From Octopus vulgaris (lineage: Eukaryota): DNA of 64,000 nt. Of the stretch, positions 14,302-25,559 are shown in pieces (the first letter of the stretch is position 1; each line of letters begins with the position of its first letter). Both the position numbers and the translations under genes were made by a program. A model generated the notes under the pieces. The model had not been told where the DNA came from. It saw only the letters and a program-made list of their open reading frames with translations, and did not search any database. The stretch is from NCBI GenBank assembly GCA_951406725.2, contig OX597830.1, forward strand, positions 50,964,001-51,028,000, given 5' to 3'.

Positions 14302-15307
14302 ATGATTACAATTGAAGACGGTGTTGTGAAAGTTCAATCCCCGGAAGAACTATTAATGTTAGAAAAAAGAAAAACAATTAATTTTAAATCTTACTGTCTA
14401 AAAGGAAAAAAATTGATGAGGTGAGCGAACAGAGAAGTGCTTGAAACCCATCTGGCAGGATATCAGATACCTAGCCAGAGGGAAGAAGTTTGGTGCTATA
14501 GAAGTACGACTAAAAGATATAGAAACTGCACAAATGCAATCAGTTAAATCTTTACAAATGGAGGACGTTTTAATTCCAATATACATGGAAATGAAGACGT
14601 CAAAGATACGTATAACTAGGGTATCACCTCAAGTCCACCCTATGTGATTGATGGAGGCAGTCCTGGCGAAAAAGAAGTTAATATAACACTCCTTCAGGCT
14701 ACCATCACAGAAAAGGCTTATTGGACCGGTCAAACGGTTCACCTCCTAATACAAGCATAACCGTCAATTTTAGAACAGTTACAGGAGAAAATAGAAATTG
14801 GGGAGGAATTCCTTAACGTATTCGTCGAGGGCCGTAAGCCCCGATGTTTGCAGTGAGGCCAGCTGGGCCATATAAAAAAAAACACTGTAGAGACGGTGAG
14901 AAAGAATCCGATGAGGAAGTGGAGGAGGAGGGGAGAGAGAGAAACAGAAGAAAAGAAAGCAACTAATAACAAGAGAAAAATGGAAAGCTCAAATCAACAA
15001 AAACAGGTCGAACTAAGACCGAAAAAAAAAAAAACTGCGAAAAGAGACAAACCAAAAATGAATACTTAATGAGGGAAATAAAGCGAAAAGATCAGCCACG
15101 ATGATTGCAGAACTTTCTGATAAATATAAGAACTACGAGTTCAACGAAATGTATAAGAAGTCTCATAATGAATTACTTAACGCGTATAGAAAGTCGGTGT
15201 CGATGATGAGATTGGATATTAATCAATCCATTTTTCAAGACTTGCCACCTCCGACCCTATGTGAAGAAAAGGTGGAGAGTCCCTCTCCACGGGAGACCCT
15301 GGATTAG
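14302..15307 (+). pseudogene. Decayed gag-like ORF1 of a Tx1/L1-type non-LTR element (CCHC zinc knuckle)
   Basis: ATG at 14302; IRYLARGKKFGAIEVR...KIRITRVSP; LNVFVEGRKPRCLQ*GQLGHIKK.HC (CX2CX4HX4C with a TGC>TGA change, ~14840-14890); Lys/Glu-rich C-terminal part; stop at 15307. Confidence 0.7.
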
Positions 15308-15384
15308 ATATGTAAATAATGTCTATTCACATTGGTTGTGTAAATGGTCGTGGCCTGATGTCTAGCTGGAAGTAAGGGTTTCCT

Positions 15385-15905
15385 CTGGTCGCCATAGCGT
15401 CGACTGTGGGCTGGTAGCTGTGTACAGTTTTCCCGATGGCGCCCAGAGCGAGCTCTGGTAGCCATAGCGTCGACTGTGGGCCTGTAGCTGTGTACAGTCG
15501 TCCCAATGGCGCCCAGAGCGAGCTCTGGTAGCCATAGCGTCGACTGTGGGCTGGTAGCTGTGTACAGTCGTCCCAATGGCGCCCAGAGCGAGCTCTGGTA
15601 GCCATAGCGTCGACTGTGGGCTGGTAGCTGTGTACAGTCGTCCCGATGGCGCCCAGAGTGAGCTCAGGTAGCCATAGCGTCGACTGTGGGCCTGTAGTTG
15701 TGTACAGTCGTCCCAATGGCGCCCAGAGCGAGCTCAGGTAGCCATAGCGTCGACTGTGGGCTGGTAGCAGTGAAAAGTCGCCCCAATGGCGCCCAGAGCG
15801 AGCTCTAGTCGCCATAGCGTCGACTGTGGGCCTGTAGCTGTGTACAGTCACCCCAATGGCGCCCAGAGTGAGCTCTGGGCGCCATAGCGTCGACTGTGGG
15901 CTGGT
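15385..15905. repeat. 70-bp GC-rich tandem minisatellite, ~7.4 copies
   Basis: GCCATAGCGT recurs at 15391, 15461, 15531, 15601, 15671, 15741, 15811 and 15881; units are near-identical. Confidence 0.97.
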
Positions 15906-15911
15906 ATGATG

Positions 15912-16012
15912 CTATAGCAGAAGACAGATGCCAAGTTACCACACAGTGGGACTGAACTGGGGACCAAGTGTTTTGGAACCAAGTTTGTTACCACACAGCC
16001 ACACCTGCACCT
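15912..16012 (-). mobile_element. SINE family A head
   Basis: Reverse complement AGGTGCAGGTGTGGCTGTGTGGTAA...GTTCAGTCCCACTG. Confidence 0.75.
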
Positions 16013-16318
16013 GTGTGTGTGTTTGTGTGGGTGGGTGGGAGAGTGGGTGTATATGTCTTGGTGTATATATGTATGCATGTATATATGTGTATATATATAA
16101 ATATATATATATGTGTGTACATATTACATGTACCTCTATATATACATCTAGACATACATGTTTACATATACATGTATATCTATAGAAAAACATCTACAAA
16201 TGTGATTACAATAGTCAAACAGTAATAATAATAACAACAAACCTTTTTAATTTATTCCTATTTATGTGAAACCACTTATTCAAGTTCAAGTCATTGATGC
16301 AATTTATACGAATTGCTA

Positions 16319-16354
<36 letters not shown>

Positions 16355-16355
<1 letters not shown>

Positions 16356-16460
16356 ATAAGGGTGAAAAATTGAATATTAATTTGATTAATATGAATTGAA
16401 AACCAGTAATGTAGCATATAAGACCATAGCAGATCTTCTAGCAAAATGGATGACCACTGT
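16355..16460. mobile_element. Terminal fragment of the foldback family seen at 20050-22608
   Basis: Starts TAAGGGTGAAAAATTGAATATTAATTTGATTAATAT, the same terminus as 21951, abutting a (CA)n tract. Confidence 0.7.
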
Positions 16461-16619
16461 TAATGGTTCATCCCTGTTATATAATACTTTCACTTTAATA
16501 GTTTCAGTATTAAAGTGAATGTCTGCATTGCAATAGAGAGTTATTTTTGTTTCACTTTTACCACGTAATACTGAAATAGTGGAGAAGATATGATATTGCT
16601 GTGGGGTCGCCCTAGGGAA

Positions 16620-16751
16620 AAAGTTAGATTTTTTGCCGATGACACTCCCCGGACCGTAAGACATGTGTAAAATTTGAATGAAATTGGTTGTGTAATTCTC
16701 AAGACAGACAGACAGACAGACACACATTCTCAATTTTATATATAGAGAGAT
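16620..16751 (+). mobile_element. Possible non-autonomous rolling-circle (Helentron/HINE-like) element end
   Basis: AAATTTGAATGAAATTGGTTG...(GACA)n...TTTTATATATAG end architecture; resemblance only. Confidence 0.35.
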
Positions 16752-18034
16752 TAGCCTTATTTTCATAAACCAGTTATGTAGGACCTATTCAAAGAAATTG
16801 GTCTATTCGATGTAGCCATATGTCATACTCTTGTTAACAGTTATCTCGTAGACGCCTTCTGTTCTACATGAAATATATTGTTTTGTCTCAGGTACATAAC
16901 ACTGGACTACATTTTCAGAAAGATGTTTTCATTTAAGTATTGGGCGCAGAATCAACTCTGCTCTCGGAAATTTCATATGTAGTAAATTTATTTCGGAAGC
17001 ACATTTTAGAATTTTGGTACCATAGTATGCATGAAATTCGTATACAAATAGAGCAGAAGATTGACGTATGTGCTTTGATAGCTAATATAGGCATTATAAC
17101 TGTTTTATAGGAAGATCTAAAGTTTTTCACCTATATTTAGATACTACATTAAATTTATATTTATAAAAATTACATACATTTTGTAAACATTTATTAAAAT
17201 TGGTATATTTTATTACATATATCTCGTCGCTCTTGCACTATCTGGAGACGAAAAAGTAATAAAATACATAAAATATCAGTGACATAACAGTGAGAATAGT
17301 AAACAGTGCTACAGCGTGAGAAGAAATACACCACCCAGCCAATAAATTCATTCCGTTCCACATTAATTGAAAGTCGAAAGATGTAGAATACGCATAAAAA
17401 AAACCCAGAAAACACGGCTGATTTGGCAAGTGCACTAGTTTAACTAGAGCAGCTGCCTGTTTCGAGGTTGTTGAATATGATAAATTCTTATTTGTTCACT
17501 TATTTGGCAGCAACAATAATCTGACATATATTCGTATTTAACCTGGTATCTTTTTGTCTTTTTAGTGTTGTGTGTTTGTGTGTGTGTGCGCGTGTGTGTG
17601 TGTGTGAGTATATGACTGCGTGTGCGTGTTTGTGTGTGTATTGGAAACGCCTCGTTTGCTCTTTTCTAGCAACCCTTAAATTGGCGTGGGCTTTATCTAA
17701 ATGGACAGGGTGAGGGGGAATTAACTTTAATATTCATATTTCAACCAAGTTTCTGAAACGGAAGATTTATTCATTAGATCGCTTATAGACACGTTGTGGC
17801 CCAGAACGCTTTTACCAACTTCTGTGAATGCAACGCAAGCATTCTTTTTTTTTTTTTTTTTTAGTTTTTAGTAAACAATGGCGTAGGGAGTGTGTGTTTC
17901 GCCTAGACTAGCCTTTGGAGTTTGTCGTCCCCGCCCTTTCGAACACTACACAGGCTTGTATAGCAAGCCTAAAAGTGCCTTCTGGGACCGACAGCCTCAT
18001 ATCCCTCACTGTCTTCGTAACTGCAAATGAACTT

Positions 18035-18200
18035 ATAAAAAGCTCCTGCCAACTGTTATGAACACCATCCTGAGTCAGGGGTTGAACACTGACAGAACAA
18101 TCCAGAATAGTCAGCCAGACATAATTATTAAAGAAAGGGAAGAAAATACTTGTAGACTTAGTAAACATACTTGCCTTAAATATTTCTCTTGAATTAAAAA
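18035..18200 (+). mobile_element. R4/Dong-type LINE fragment (RLE endonuclease)
   Basis: YEHHPES...TDRTIQNSQPDIIIKEREENTC; homologous to 24545-24930 and 38590-38750. Confidence 0.7.
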
Positions 18201-19244
18201 ATATTTCTCGCATCAATACTTGAAAAATACACATAGTTAGACTTTTAACTGATTCTATTTTAAAATCTTCATTGATATGAGAATTTTTCTTGTTTTACAA
18301 GGTGATGTGGATGATGTACTCTCCACCATCTTAATCTCTCTTTCCGTTTGCTTTTCACCAAAGCGTTTCTTTTACCTCGATTCTCCCATAAACAAAAAAT
18401 ACAGTTCAATATAACCGCTTTACTGGGCAGCCAGTGTCAAAATTAGTTTCAAAACCTCTGAATATCATCCAAATTGCATTCAAGTATTGTGGCTTTACCA
18501 GTTTATTTTCATGGTTTCATTATACTTTTGTAGATGTACCGATTGACTTGTTTGCACCGAAACAGATATATTTCTATTACTCACTAAAACATACCTTAAT
18601 TTTAGCTCTCATTGAAGAATCACCATTTGTCTGATACTAACGATGTTGTATTGTATTTAACAAACCATTAACTCTCTTGCAGTAAACATTTGGCAAACTA
18701 TTTACTCTGTTACACTAAACATCAGCCATACAGAAGAAATGCAACAGATCTTATTCGCTTTGTCGATAAAAACAAAATACTCTCTCCATTGATTGTGGTT
18801 ATTTTTTAATCAAGCTGGATACAGAAACTTTTACCGAATCATTGGAAGATCTACATCGCACTCTATCTATGTCACTTAACTGCGACTGAATGAAGGAATT
18901 GTGTATCTTTATATCAGTATGGTTCGTATCAACTTCGAGCTCAATGTTTCCCTCTCACGTCCCGCACATAACTTTATTGATGAGACTTTATTAAATACAT
19001 GCATTTCGGTATAATGCAGTACCGTGCGGAGTGACCTTATTCTGAGCAACATCACGAGTCCTTGTTGTTGTTGCTGTTGTTGTTGTTAATGATGATGATG
19101 ATGATGAGATTCCATCTGATAGCAGAATGCAGAGATGTGAAAAAGAAATGCAGCAGGAGGAATAGGCAGATCATGCTAGATGGGGCGAAGTCGTATAAGA
19201 AAGCATTAAAATTCTCACCCCAATTCGCATTTCCGGAAAAAGAA

Positions 19245-19550
19245 AAATCTTCTTTAGCCTTCCTTACTACTCGAAACATTGTCTCGTCGTCGTAAGCTTG
19301 CCGAAGCATGATTGATGTCTCTGTAGCTGAATTCCCAAGTTTAACGCGAAATTTCACGCTGGCGATTTGTTCTAACTTCCCGTCTGTGGTAAAAATTCAC
19401 ACACTGCAGCATACGTGTGATTACAAAAACACAAATTTCACAACTTGCGAATTAAACACAGTGATGTCACCTGGCACACTGCCTCATGAAGGTCACTTCT
19501 AGCTCTCAGTACGCACGAAGTATACTGTTCCATGACGGTAAGGTAAAAAA
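19245..19550 (-). mobile_element. mariner 5' fragment (HTH N-terminus of transposase)
   Basis: LEQIASVKFRVKLGNSATETSIMLRQAYDDETM matches the mariner N-terminal pattern EQRxxIKFCVKLGKSATETxxMLxQAYGDxxM. Confidence 0.8.
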
Positions 19551-19705
19551 AAAGTTACTCCATTTGACGAGAGATAAATATTATTTGATAAACACAAGAC
19601 ATGCTTTTATGTGCTATTATTAGTTTCATGTGGTGAGAGCATGCCGGGCAGTTTTTTAACACATCTGCTGTCCTAGCACAATCATCAGTCACTGCCCTCG
19701 AACTA

Positions 19706-19857
19706 CATGGTGAATTTATGGAATGAAGTTCCATAAATCACATCAATTTTAAGCTTCTTATAAGAAATAAACTTCTTATAAATTTTAGCAACTCTTCTCC
19801 TCCATTTTTAACAAAATGGATGGAATTTATGGAACTTCATTCTACAAATTCATCCTG
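19706..19857. mobile_element. Small MITE with ~45-bp TIRs (Tc1/mariner-type ends)
   Basis: TA|CATGGTGAATTTATGGAATGAAGTTCCATAAATCACATCAATTTT vs AAAATGGATGGAATTTATGGAACTTCATTCTACAAATTCATCCTG are imperfect reverse complements. Confidence 0.75.
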
Positions 19858-20002
19858 CATTATATACAAATACTACTTTCATATCTTCTCAAATGTACGC
19901 TTGTGAACTGCCAGCACAGTATGAAGAATCAACATAAGAAATCTCGAATTAAAGGACGAATCCACATTCAGCGTTTATACACCTATATAGATAGATAGAT
20001 AA

Positions 20003-20049
<47 letters not shown>

Positions 20050-20057
<8 letters not shown>

Positions 20058-20495
20058 TACATATAAGAGGGATGACCGCTAGCTGGACATCCAGTTTGCT
20101 AAATGTATGAAGAATCAACATAAGAAACTTTTTGGGAAACCTCGAATTAAAGGACGAATCCACATTCAACGTTTATACACCTATATAGATAGATAGATAA
20201 ATGTATGTATATATAGATATAAATATTACATATAAGTGGGATGACCGCTAGGTGGACATCCAATTTGCTAAATGTAGACCACATATGATCATATCATCTG
20301 ATCACTAAGAAAAATTGTTATCAAGAAAATTCGGCAAACGCCAGAACGTAAGCGAGCAAGACAAAATATATTGGATGGCCTGCTGGCCATCCCTCTAATA
20401 TGTATGTAATATAATTTTTCTAAAGCTTCAGATTTTTCCCTATGCTAGGCCACTGGTTTAAATTGATATTAATCAAATTAATATAATTTCTTTAC

Positions 20496-20500
<5 letters not shown>
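20050..20500. mobile_element. Internally deleted foldback element (family of 21269/21951) in (TA)n
   Basis: Left-arm piece (GCAAACGCCAGAACGTAAGCGAGCAAGACAAA) joined to a right-arm piece ending TTTACCCTTA|TATA; the spacer is missing. Confidence 0.75.
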
Positions 20501-20533
<33 letters not shown>

Positions 20534-20548
20534 CTGCGGTACAAATTC

Positions 20549-20599
<51 letters not shown>

Positions 20600-20601
20600 C
20601 A

Positions 20602-20900
20602 CGGCGCATGAATTAAAGGGGTCAGTGTGGCTCTCATGGCTGCGAGATCATGGCTTCGATTCGTAGACTTGGCGTTACGTTGTGTTCTTGAGCAAAACAC
20701 TTCATTTCCTGTTGCTCTACATTCATTTCATTTTCTGACAAGCGGCACATCGTACACCTGTGTAGGTAATGTCGATTTGATGGAAGGAGTGAGTTTATGT
20801 GAGCAGAAACTCTCGATCACTATAAACAAACCAACTGTGTGGTTGTTCAGCAAGAAATTCCAAAGCCCTCATTAATCGTCTAACGATGGGAGAGTCCTTT
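20602..20900 (+). mobile_element. tRNA-derived SINE, degenerate (family C/D-type)
   Basis: B-box-like GGCTTCGATTC, central GTTGTGTTCTTGAGCAAAACACTTCATTTC, and tail CCCTCAT...CGTC.AACGA.GG.GAG shared with 55246. Confidence 0.7.
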
Positions 20901-21167
20901 GTGATCCTAAATAAATTTATAGTTATGTACACTGATGTGTCTATGTGTTCGTACATGTATCTACTATTGCCCTTTTTTGCATTCACATGCATATCTTATT
21001 CTGTACATGTTTTTCTATGCATATCTCTACACTCCTCGGCATGTTTAATTCTAGGAGTGCGTGTTTATGCTAACATGAATACAAATAAACCTACGAATAC
21101 ATGCGCAAGTGCCTATGTATGTGTATGCGTATAAGCATACATGTATATATATATATGTATGTATATG

Positions 21168-21206
<39 letters not shown>

Positions 21207-21214
21207 TTATCTAT

Positions 21215-21261
<47 letters not shown>

Positions 21262-21268
21262 ACGTACA

Positions 21269-21765
21269 TATGCTAGAAGCAGATTCGCCATGGTCTTACC
21301 ACTAAGAAAGGAATGTTCTCAAGAAAATTTAGCAAACGCCAGAACGTAAGCGAACAAGATAACCCCAAGTGTAATTGGTAGAACTGTATACATGTTCAAT
21401 CTCATGCGAACGTCTCGTGTATAGTTCTGCAAATTATATTTGCAATGGCTATCGTACTGAACAGCTACGGACAATTACGTAAGTAATTTGCGTAAGTGTT
21501 AATAGCGAAATTTAATTATTATTAATTTATATTTCTTTCTTTTCATTTGTCTTGCTCGCTTACGTTCTGGTGCTTGCTAAAATGTCTTGAGAACATTCCT
21601 TTCTTAGTGGTAAGACCATAGCGGATCTACTTCTAGCATAATGGATATTCACGTAGTGATCACCCCTCTTATATGTATGTAATATAATTCTTCAAATTTA
21701 TTATGCTAGACCACTGGTTTTGAATTGATATTAATCCAATCAATATTCAATTTTTCACCCTTATA
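21269..21765. mobile_element. Foldback element with decayed hammerhead-like spacer (Penelope pLTR-like)
   Basis: Inverted arms ~21269-21360 and ~21548-21640; right end CACCCTTATA in (TA)n; spacer CTGAACA-GCTAC...ATAGC-GAAA at 21457-21510. Confidence 0.8.
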
Positions 21766-21835
21766 ATTTTATATTTAAATATATATATATATACAAATAT
21801 ATATTTGTATGCATGTATGTATGTATGTATGTATG

Positions 21836-21866
<31 letters not shown>

Positions 21867-21950
21867 GATTCGAATGCACTCGCTATAGCGCGCCAAAATT
21901 CACGGAAACAGATACTGCATAAAAAATTTACTGCAGTATAATTAAAATCA

Positions 21951-22602
21951 AAAATAAGGGTGAAAAAATTGGATATTAATTCAATAATACCATCAATTTA
22001 ACACCAAGTGGCTTACCGCATAAAAACCAGGGATACAATAAAAGTTTATACACAAATATAAGAGAGTGTCCACTATGTGGTCGAATCTTGCGCTAAAAAT
22101 AGATCCGCTATGGTCTCAACCACCAAGAATTGTTTCCAAGGAGAATTAGCACAACTATGAGCGTAAACGAGCAGGGCAAAAGAAAAATAACTGCGAATAT
22201 AATCGACTAAACCACACGTGTGTTTGACGTAATGTTAAAATCTAGCGTGCGGTTTAGGAAATTGTATCCAAGACAAATTCTATTGATGAGCTATGGATAT
22301 AGTGTGTAAGTAAAATTGCATAATTTATTAATAGCGAAACAATTGTCTAGAATTAATCTAAATTTTTGTTATTTTTCATTTGCCCTGCTCGTTTACGTTC
22401 ATAGTTGTGCTAATTCTCCTTGGAAACAATTCTTGGTGATTGAGACCATAGCGGTTCTATTTTTAGCGCAAGAGTCGACCACATAGTGGAAACTCTCTTA
22501 TATTTGTGTATAAACTTTTATTGTGTCCCTGGTTCTTATGCTCTAAGCCACTTGGTGTTAAATTGATGGTATTATTAAATCAATATCCAATTTTTTCACC
22601 CT

Positions 22603-22608
<6 letters not shown>
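21951..22608. mobile_element. Foldback element with ~240-bp inverted arms and a central hammerhead motif
   Basis: Arms 21951-22191 and 22368-22608 are reverse complements with scattered mismatches; termini AAAATAAGGGTG / CACCCTTATTTT; followed by (TA)n. Confidence 0.92.
22276..22354 (+). ncRNA. Minimal type-I hammerhead ribozyme motif (C3U variant)
   Basis: Stem I AATTCTA/TAGAATT (7 bp), core TTGATGA, stem II GCTAT/ATAGC, GAAAC, palindromic AC-AATT-GT, cleavage triplet GTC (22345-22347). Confidence 0.8.
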
Positions 22609-22642
<34 letters not shown>

Positions 22643-23379
22643 TCTTTGATACGATCTCCTCTATGCATTCCTGTTCGCTACCCTCGCTCTATGAATAACT
22701 ATTCTGCCCCCTTTCTCTTTCTCTCTCAGGTGTCTCCCCTGTCAAAACAGTTAACTCTCACTTCCAACAATACAAATAATCCTCCTCCACACCTAAAAGC
22801 TAATTATTCTGTTCAGAAACTATAAAATTCCAAACTACGGAATTTCCCCCATCCCACCAATATTCTGTATTCACCAACAAACCACTAAAACTCATTTCGC
22901 TACAAATATATTTATTGTATGCACCAGAAATCTTATTTTCGCAAAGAAACAACCATGTCTGTTTAATTACCAAAATCACTTCTCCGACATATTCTCGCAA
23001 CGCCGCCGTTGGCGTAAATTAAACATATCCACCATGTTGTCAAACAGAAATATACCAACAAATCAGCTAGACGCACACCATCAGCCGAAATCACACTAAA
23101 TCACCGATTTTAATTAAAAATAAAGAGAAACACTAACAACTACGACTCCAAAAGAGGACTGCATGAAGTAAACACACACTGCGCTCCATACTCGCAGCCA
23201 AATAAATACAACCGCAATCGCTCGGAATCCCACCATCTATGAGAGCTTTACCTCTTTACCTTTTGGAATGAAATTGTAACATATTCAATCTCCAGCATAT
23301 GTATGTATGTTTAGTGTATGTGTTTATGTATGTATGTCTTTATGGATGAATATATATACTTACATATAAGAACAATACA

Positions 23380-23422
23380 TATATATATATATATATATAT
23401 ATAAGCATTTATACTTATTTAC

Positions 23423-23458
<36 letters not shown>

Positions 23459-23536
23459 AATATCTAAAACATATACATATATGTAAAAAGTAAACATATA
23501 TCTATGTGCAAATATGTGTATATGCACGTATGTATG

Positions 23537-23570
<34 letters not shown>

Positions 23571-24104
23571 TGTATGTATGTGTGTGTGTGTGTGTGTGTA
23601 TGTATGTGTGTATGTATGTATGTGTGTGTGTGTATGTATGTGTGTGTGTATGTATCTGTGTGTGTATGTATGTAAATGTGTGTGTATATATATGTATACC
23701 GTGTGAACTACATTTTAGTGAACTAGAGTTATCAGTAATTCCTGACCTAGATCCTGGGAGATATTCAGTCAGCAAACCTTCTGAGTATTTCTTTATTACA
23801 AATCAATGAAACAAGAGGGGAGCGGATGTGAAAGATGGGTGAATCTTAATTCGATTGTGGTGCAAAAATAAATGTACATAGGAGGTTACAGAGAAGATAA
23901 TAAAATAGGACACATATATATATAAAACTGAAATCTTTTGAAATCGAGGTAATTTTAGTGTAATCTCATATAATATTCCTCGCTCTCCAGTCGATCATTC
24001 AGTGCGAATATAAGATTTGATATATTAAATGTAAGATGTCTAAAAAAACACCAGTCGCCTCTGGTCTTATGCAAATATAAAATCAAATAAGCACTCTCAT
24101 ATAC

Positions 24105-24175
<71 letters not shown>

Positions 24176-24330
24176 ATATATGTGTGTGTTTATGTGTATA
24201 TATTAAGTATACATAAACATGTACATATATATATACACATATATAAATACACAGACACGCACGCAAAAACACCGGGCTTGCACACACACGCACACACACA
24301 CACACATACACACACATGCACACACGGACA
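23380..24330. repeat. (TA)/(TATG)/(CA) microsatellite clusters
   Basis: Direct reading; short unique spacers lie between tracts. Confidence 0.85.
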
Positions 24331-24544
24331 TATATTGAATACGTTATCTTGTTGTCTGAATGCTCTTTTTGTACTGTGCTGCATAAATTGATGAATTCTC
24401 ATAACATTGTTTCATTAGTTTCATTTACATCTTTGGTTTTGTTCCACGACAACAACAACAGCAACACCACCACCAACAACAACAGCAGCAGCAGCAGCAG
24501 CAGAAGCAACAAAACAACAACAACGACAATAACAATCAGCACTC

Positions 24545-25074
24545 TTGCTAACTACTATCAGCACCATGCTGAAGTTAAAATGTAACAATCCTCTTGGATT
24601 TTCCACTCAACACTTATAGAACAATCCAGATTAATCGACCAGACATAATTATTAAAGACTGGGAAGAAAATACTTCTGGAAGTATAGATGTGTCCCCAGT
24701 CATAAAATATATGTATTAAACAATTTGGCAAACTTAGCAAGTATAATTACCAGGAATTTGAAATACAAACGATGTGACATCATAAGACAAAAACAGTTCC
24801 TATTGTTGTGGATGCCATAAGTATGATAAAAAAAAGGTATGTTAAAAACAGCTAGACGACATCTCAGGAGAACCATAAGAAGGTGCTAACAATTACTGCC
24901 CACATTTTAAGAAAACCCCAGTTAATTTATATGATCGTGTTATATGAATGTATTTTTGTACTGTTATCCCACATCCTCTACTAAAGCTGTCAGTTTTATT
25001 TCAACATCTCTTACCCTTCATTTGCCCCAGGGCTCTGGGCGTGTGCTGACAAGTGATTGCATCAAATATTAAGA

Positions 25075-25078
<4 letters not shown>
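24545..25078 (+). mobile_element. R4/Dong-type LINE 3' end (RLE domain + 3' UTR) ending in (AAT)n
   Basis: VTILLDF...TIQINRPDIIIKD...IDV...KLSKY...TVPIVV...TAHILRK; the tail runs into (AAT)n at 25078-25135. Confidence 0.85.
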
Positions 25079-25105
<27 letters not shown>

Positions 25106-25137
25106 AATGATAATAATGATAATAATGATAATAATAT

Positions 25138-25545
25138 ATTGGCATGGAATTTGGGATCGAGAAATATGGTGTAATGATTCTCAAAAGGGGGAAAAACCAG
25201 TAAAAGCCATGGGATCAAGCTGGAAAGTGGCAGAACTATAAAGGAAGTCGCAGAGGAAGGATATAAGTAGCTGGGTATCATTGAAAGAGACAAGCTGAAC
25301 GAACACAAGATGAAAGAAATGTACAGGGAATAGTATTTGAGGAGAACTCGGCTTGTGCTCCAATCGAAGCTAAATGGCCGCTATAAAATTAGAGCAATTA
25401 ACACGTGAGCGGTTGCTTTGATGAGTTAAGGAGCAGGAATAGTACCTTGGAAGAAGAATGAATACAAGAGATAGACCGGAGAACACGTAAATTAATGGCA
25501 ATGAGCAAGGAACTACACCCCAGGAGTGTAAAAGCAGTGCTCTAC
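25138..25545 (+). mobile_element. R4/Dong-type LINE RT fragment
   Basis: IGMEFGIEK.GVMILKRGK, GYK*LGI, YLRRTRLVLQSKLNGRYKIRAINT*AV...GAGIVPW. Confidence 0.82.
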
Positions 25546-25559
25546 CAAAATAACGAAAG

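Noticed and set aside
15385-15905. CRISPR-like array, or a protein repeat (ORFs 15327..15851, 15304..15576)
   Set aside because: The units are contiguous with no unique spacers, there are no cas genes, and the context is eukaryotic. The 70-bp period is not a multiple of 3, so the ORFs are by-products.
16930-17130. Possible hAT dimerisation-domain remnant on the minus strand
   Set aside because: Only faint motif resemblance.
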